A stretch of DNA of 64,000 bases from Cyanophora paradoxa CCMP329 (lineage: Eukaryota > Plantae > Glaucophyta): NCBI GenBank assembly GCA_004431415.1, contig QPMI01000524.1, positions 62,001 through 126,000 on the forward strand, written 5' to 3'. The notes under the pieces are model-generated. The model was not told the DNA's origin and made no database searches. It saw only the letters and a program-made list of their open reading frames with translations. A program made the position numbers and the translations under genes. Position 1 is the first letter of the stretch; the number at the start of each line of letters is the position of its first letter. Shown here piece by piece: positions 58,106 to 64,000 of the stretch.

Positions 58106-61100
58106 ATGCACCTCCAGAGGCGATCGCCGGCGGCCCCACGGTTGCGTGCGACCGAGGGGAACTTGCCCATCCTATTACTACTTTTAGCCATTTCCTTGTG
58201 CCTCGCGACGCCGAGTAATGCGCAAAAGGCTGGTACGCGCTCTGTGATGTGCCCGGACGCGCTGCGTGCGCCGTAGCTAACCGCTGGACCCTCGCTCAGT
58301 GCCGGTGTCGAGGTGTACGCCCTCGAACCCCACCATCACGGAGACCGTCGCGGGGATCAACAGCACGGACTACTGGTACAACATCAACGAGACAAGGGCA
58401 CGCATGCCGTCCCCGCCTCCCCCTCCTCTCCCGGCCGCCCCAGCTGACGCCGCCGGGCTCGCCTCAGATCGCGAGCCTCATCCGCGCGGGCCGGCCGCGC
58501 TTCGTCGACGTGCGGTTCACCACCTTCAAGTGCATCGACGGTGCGCCGGCGCCTCGGATCGCCTCGCCTCGCCGGCGCCGAGGGCGGCGGGCGCGCAGGG
58601 CGGCACATGCACGGGCAGGGCTCGCTGGGCACCCCCGGGGGCGACTTCGCCGAGCTCCTCCTCGCCATGGCCACCTTCGAGCAGACCTACAGGGTCCGAC
58701 CCCGCCCCCGCCCCGCCCCGCCCGCCCCGCGCCCGCCGCGCGCGAGCGACCGAGCGGCGCCTGACGCGTGTGCGCGCTCCACCCGCCCAGGTGAACCTGA
58801 CGGACGCCGAGGTGGAGGGCATCGTGCAGGGCTTCGCCGCACAGTTCGCTATCCCCGGAGAGGTCGGACCCGAGCCGACGCCTCCGCCGCCGAGCTCGGC
58901 CCCGCCCACCGCCGCTGACGGGTGCTGGGGCGGGCGCAGCGCCCCTTCTACTGGCACACGGACGACCACTCGCTGCACGAGCTGCAGAAGCACACCGCCA
59001 ACGCGACGCTGGATCTCAACTGGCCGACCGCCGACGGCGCGCGCGCCTTCCATCCCGCCTCTGGCCTCGTGCCGCCTCGTGCTCACGGCTCCGCGCAGGC
59101 GTGAAGCGGGCGGAGCTGCTGGAGCTGCTGGCGGACCAGGCGTACGTCGGGTGCGGGCACATCAAGAAGATGCTGCAGCTGCCCGAGACGTACAAGACGC
59201 GCGCGAACCTCGTCAAGGCGGCCATCCGGGCCTTCTTCCGCGGGCTCTGGCGCGACCGCGTGGCGCCCAAGGCCGGCGGGCCCGTCTACGTCATCGAGGT
59301 CCTCGAGGGGGACCACCGCGAGGGCTCCGCCCTCGCCGTCACCTCCACCGGCTGCGCCAACGCCGCCGTCGTGTTCGACCCGTCGCCGGGCGGCGTGGCG
59401 CCGGCGGTCGCGCCGCTGCCGGCGGGCAAGGGCCAGGTCTTCGTGCTCCACGTCGGCGGAGTCGTCGACTACCTCCGCCACGTCATGTCCCGGTGCGCCC
59501 CGGCCGCCCCTTCGGCTTCCCCCCGGCTGCCTCGCGCGGCGTCGCCTGACGGCCGCTGCTGCGCGCAGGTACGTCTGCCTCAGGACGAAGCGCGCGGCCT
59601 GCGACGACGTGGCGAACAAGGCGGCCGCCGACACCATCTTCGCGGACCAGCTGACGGCGACGGTCTCGGTCCTGGCGAAGGGCCGGCCGCAGCACTCGGT
59701 CTCCTTCAGCGCCGCGAGCGCCGGCCTCTTCCCCGGCGACGCGGTGGCGGGGGCGGCGCCCTCGCGCGCCGCCGTGCCGGCCAGCTTCGGCATGAAGTTC
59801 TCGGAGCTCGCGTCGACGACGACGGCTTCGACGTCGACGTCGACGTCGACCTCCACCTCCACCTCCACCTCCACCTCCACTTCGACGTCGACGTCGACGT
59901 CGAGCGGCCACGCGCGGCGCCACGAGCGGGAGCGGTACCGGCGCGGCCTGCGCAGCACTGGCGCCGCCACCACCACGACGACGACGCCGGCCACAACGAC
60001 AACCACGACGAGCAACTCGACCAGCACCGGCGGGTCGACCGCCACCGCCGGCTCCTCGCCCTACGCCGACGGCCGCACGACGGTCCGTCGGGACCAGGCC
60101 GCCGCTCTTTCGAGCGCGCCGGCCGTCCGCTGGCAACTGACCGTCCTCGCGCAGGGCTGCGTGGCGACGGACGTGACGGTGTCCGTGCAGAAGAACTCGA
60201 CGGAGTCGGACCCGACGAAGGTCTGGAAGCTGCTGACGCCGGCCAAGATCCGCTCGATGGTGCTGGCGGGCAAGCCGCGCTTCTACGACAGCACGGCGGC
60301 GACGTGGCGCTGCATCGACGGGCGCACGATGGAGGGCGTCTTCGGCACGCCCGGCGGCACCATGTCCGAGTTCCTCCTCGGCCTCTCCGCCTTCGCCAGC
60401 GCCGTCGGGCCCCTCACCAGCGAGGACCAGGTCCGAGCCGCCCCCGGCCGCCCCGCGCCGGCGCCGCGCCGGTCCGCGGCCGTCCCGACCCCGCCGCAGG
60501 TCCAGGCGCTGATGGACTCTTACGTGGCCACGTACGGCGTCGGCGGCGGCCGCCGCGTCTACATGCACACCGAGTGCGCCGCCGCCGCCTTCCCCCGCGC
60601 CGCTCCGCCAGCGGCGGTGCTGACGGCGCCGCAGCGAGCACAACGTGGAGGCGATCATCGCCGACATGCAGGCGAAGGCGCCGAAGGAGGGCATCCCCGC
60701 CCACATGAACCTGGGCGGGGAGATCCCGCCGGCGGCGCTCTGGGCCCGCCTCCTCGACTACATGTCCACGCCGAGCTACATCGGGTGCGGGCACATCAAG
60801 CTCACGATGAACAACCCGACCCTCTACGGCGTCAACGCGACCGTCGCCAAGTGGGCCGTCCGCTCCTTCCTGCGCGCCGCGTGGGCCGACGGCGCCAAGG
60901 GCGACGGTGCACCCCGCCTCCGAGCACGGCAGCAACTCGCGCCTGACTTGTGCTTGAATTTCAGGCAAGATGGTGCTGGAGGTGCTGGAGGGGAACCACG
61001 CGGAGGGCGCCGTGGGGATCGTCGCCACCAAGGGCTGCGGCGCCCAGTCGGCCGCCGTCGTCCCGCTCCCGAGCCACCTCGCCGACAACGTCGAGGTCCC

Positions 61101-62446
61101 CTCGGGCGCCGGCTCCATCTTCGGTCCGCGGCCCGACCCCGGCACACGGCCCCCGGAGCCAGCCTAGGGTTCCGGGGCCTGAGAGGATCCTAACGCGCCC
61201 CGCCCCGCGCCGCGCAGTGTTCCACGCGAACGAGGTCGGCTGGCTGCGCTCCTACACCTCCTCCTTCTTCGCGTCGCGCCTGCCGCCGCCCCCGGCGACG
61301 ACCGCCCTGGCCCTCAAGGCGGAGATGGACAAGAGCTTCGACGCCGGCCTCGCCAACACCGTCTCCGCCCTCGCCGGCAACCTCATCGTCACCACCGTGC
61401 GCCCTCGCTCGCTGGGCCCGGGCCCCGCGCAGCGCAGCCCGCCCCCGCCTGACCCACGCGGCGGCAGGTGACGGTGCACGCGGCGGGGAGCCCGGCGCTG
61501 GCGGGGGCGCTCTACACGGACTTCGCCGCGGCGGCGCTCCTCTCGGCGGCCTCGGGCACCTCCTTCTCCTTCGGGCTCCGCATCACCTCCCTCAACTGCG
61601 CCGGCTTCACCAACGCCGTCATGGACGACCTTAAGGCCAAGCTCGCCGAGTGCGCCGCCCCGCCGGGCTTCCATCCGCCCGTCCGCCCTTCGCCGCGCCG
61701 CCGCTGAGGCCGGGGCGCCGCAGGAAGATCGGGGTCGGGAAGGCGCGGGTGCTCTTCCCGACGATGCGCTGCCTGAGCCCGGACGCGGCCTCGGCCGTCC
61801 GGCACCTGCGCCTCCTCCGCCGCCGCGCCCTCGCCGTCCGCACCGACGACGGCCGGTGCGCGCGCCCCCTCCCCCGCCCCCTCCCGCTGGGCGGGGGCCC
61901 CTCTGAGCGGCTTGCGGGCGCAGGGTGCTGCTGCAGGTGACGGACGTGCCGGAGGTGGACGGGCGCGTGACGGCGCCGGCCGCCTCCGAGGCCAAGGCGC
62001 TGGGCCTGGGCGAGGCCTACGCCACCTTCCAGCGCCTCCTCGCTGCAGGCGCGTCGCAGCGCGCACCTCCGTCCTCGAGCTAGAAGTCCGTCTCGCTCAC
62101 CCCTCCCCGCAGGCTCGCTCTCGACGCTGGGCTCCTACACGCTCTCCGTAACGCTGGCGGCCGAGGCACCCAACGTGCCGGCGCCCACTCCGGGGCCCGC
62201 CGTGGCCGACTACAACATGGCCGCCGCCGTCGGCATCGGCGTCGCCGTCGCCGGGTACGCGCTCGAGAGCTCTCCTCGTCTTCTGCTCTGACCAGCTCTC
62301 CTCGCAGGCTGATCGCGATCGTGGCGACGGTCGGGGTGATTTACGGGCTCCACCGCCGCAACCGCCGCCGCATGGGCGTCACCGCCGCCGACGACCACGG
62401 CGTCACCAAGAACTACGCCGTCGGCGCCGGCGCCGGCATGGCCTAA
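58106..62446 (+). CDS. Type-I membrane protein with two zeta(CDCA)/beta-like carbonic anhydrase domains
   Basis: Signal peptide LPILLLLLAISLCLA. Domain 1: CIDGR..GTPGGD..WHTD..GCGH. Ser/Thr linker. Domain 2: CIDGR..GTPGGT..MHTD..GCGH. C-terminal TM AAAVGIGVAVAGLIAIVATVGVIYGL followed by HRRNRRR. Confidence 0.72.
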
Positions 62447-63000
62447 GCAGGCCCAACTGTTCAAGTCCAAGTAGGCACATCTTGGCAACGGTTCAAATTT
62501 CCGTCCGAATTTCGCAAGCTCCTGCTTCTTTAACGTATCAATTCTCACTCGCTACTGTTCAACGGTTCTCATATCGTCAAGGGTTTCGATCGCTAGACTC
62601 ATGACATACAGTGATTGTCTCACCGGTGAACAGCATTTCCATGATTCATTAGATTTAAAGCACCTGAGCTCGAAAGAACTCCATCTATGTGTACGTAGCA
62701 TATGCATAGTATATCTAAAGTAGCTAGACCTCTCGATCCGGCGCTGCTCGACATGCTTCGCTTCAATTTTAATTCGCCCTGATTTGTACAGTTGTCAGTT
62801 TGGATGTACATGTCACACAGTGTGGTTCCCATAGTCCCGCATGTTGTGTGTGCGCACGCCGGGGGACTCGGGAGGGGGCGAGGGGGGGCCGGGGCCGGTG
62901 GGGAGGGGGACCGTCGGACCGTTGATGCATTTATGTATAGCCATAGAAAGAAATAAATTAAATATAGATTCGGATCATGATCATTAATATTTAGCTCAGA

Positions 63001-63147
63001 TTGGGTACAGGCTAAGGGGGAACCTACAGAGGGGTACAGAGATCTTATATGGGGGTACAGAGTGCTGTGGGGGTACAGGATGGTACATGCAAGGGTACGT
63101 GTATACATGTCACGGTTTGGGTACACGGGATCGGGAGGGGTACACGA
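63001..63147 (+). promoter_or_regulatory. Cluster of ~8 GG(GG)TACA/G motifs upstream of U2, candidate snRNA enhancer
   Basis: GGGTACAG, GGGGTACAG (x3), GGTACAT, GGGTACGT, GGGTACAC and GGGGTACAC, located 80-225 bp upstream of the U2 start. Confidence 0.35.
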
Positions 63148-63224
63148 AAACGTTGCTCCCACTGTGCCGCGTTCGCGCTCGATCGCGAAGTAGGCATAAA
63201 GGTGTGAAAATTTCCGAACAAATC

Positions 63225-63408
63225 ATACCTTCTCGGCCTTTTGGCTAAGATCAAGTGTAGTATCTGTTCTTCAAGGAGTGATATCCTTGACGCTACCAAT
63301 GGTAGCTCGATATCACGATAATTTCTCTGTGGCGGCGGGATCACCTGGGCTTGCTCAGGCCCTGCCAGGGTTGCTGCGGAATCGCACTGCCTCCGCGGCG
63401 GCCCACCC
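63225..63408 (+). ncRNA. U2: U2 spliceosomal snRNA
   Basis: ATACCTTCTCGGCCTTTTGGCTAAGATCAAGTGTAGTATCTGTTCTT 5' end with GTAGTA branch-recognition sequence. Stem IIa TCAAGGA/TCCTTGA, IIb GCTACC/GGTAGC, Sm-like AATTTCTCTG, loop IV ATCGCAC. Confidence 0.97.
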
Positions 63409-64000
63409 TTTCTTATCACACAAACAAATGAAAAACCGAAATCTAATGATCTCGAGCAAAGAACCGCTCTGATCTTGCAGATCTAGATGAGCTCCGCCTC
63501 CCGTGGCACTGGCGCATCTTGCCGCGCATGCCGGCGCGGGGGCTGCGGCGCCGACATTAGAAAATTCATCGCGTGCATCGTTTGCCAAGTTGCTTCGAGC
63601 TCATGATCAGCCTCAGCTGCAGACTGCTCTGTCACTGCAGTCGACGTCCGACATAGATCTAGATCTAGAGTGCAAGTAACTCGACATGTACGTATACGGT
63701 ACAGCGCGCGCATGTGCATGTGCATTCGAAATTGATCCGCCTCTAGTACTAGTACTAGCTATATCTATATATAGGCCACGCCGCCGTTGCCGCTCTCGAT
63801 CGCGATCTCGCGGAGCTCGCAACGTGCAGATATCGATGCAGCCTATCTATCTGCAGTTAGTGCTGGCAAGCGACCGTATATCTGACATGGCCTAATTATA
63901 AAGGGCCCGCTGCGGCGCGCGCTCGGAAGGGGTCGTGCTCGTGCACGCCGCTGCGGGGTCCGGGGAAGGGAAAGTCACTCGCGAATTTGGGGCGATGGCT

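Noticed and set aside
63225-63408. Possibility that the LINE is a U2-targeting element (Utopia/Keno type)
   Set aside because: U2 is intact and 14 kb away, and the TSD is not U2 sequence.

Overview
GC-rich eukaryotic nuclear DNA from an intron-dense flagellate that probably has a plastid. A glaucophyte such as Cyanophora is my guess, not proven. Host genes have many short (mostly ~50-120 nt) introns and lie in head-to-head pairs: DEX1-like FG-GAP protein/DRC9, cytochrome P450/TyrP-family permease, F-box-LRR-ankyrin/F-box-LRR, and N-domain-less ClpB (Hsp78-like)/a membrane-anchored tandem zeta(CDCA)-like carbonic anhydrase. A U2 snRNA gene lies near the right end. The main accessory feature is a 15.6-kb non-LTR retrotransposon on the minus strand (33429-49019). 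It has an exact 18-bp target-site duplication, an A7 tail and an inverted 5' end, and encodes hydrophobic segments, AP endonuclease, RT, RNase H, a zinc knuckle and a long C-terminal tail. Its RNase H appears split by a ~3.5-kb insert carrying two Ulp1/C48-type protease domains, one with an intact catalytic triad and one degenerate. About 15 of 34 ClpB introns use GC donors (consensus GYnCGC). The first ~12 kb is a repeat-rich island with lower-GC orphan spliced ORFs, a 28-bp minisatellite and a ~144-bp satellite with higher-order structure. Exon boundaries were read by eye, and single-base homopolymer deletions suggest some frameshifts are assembly errors.
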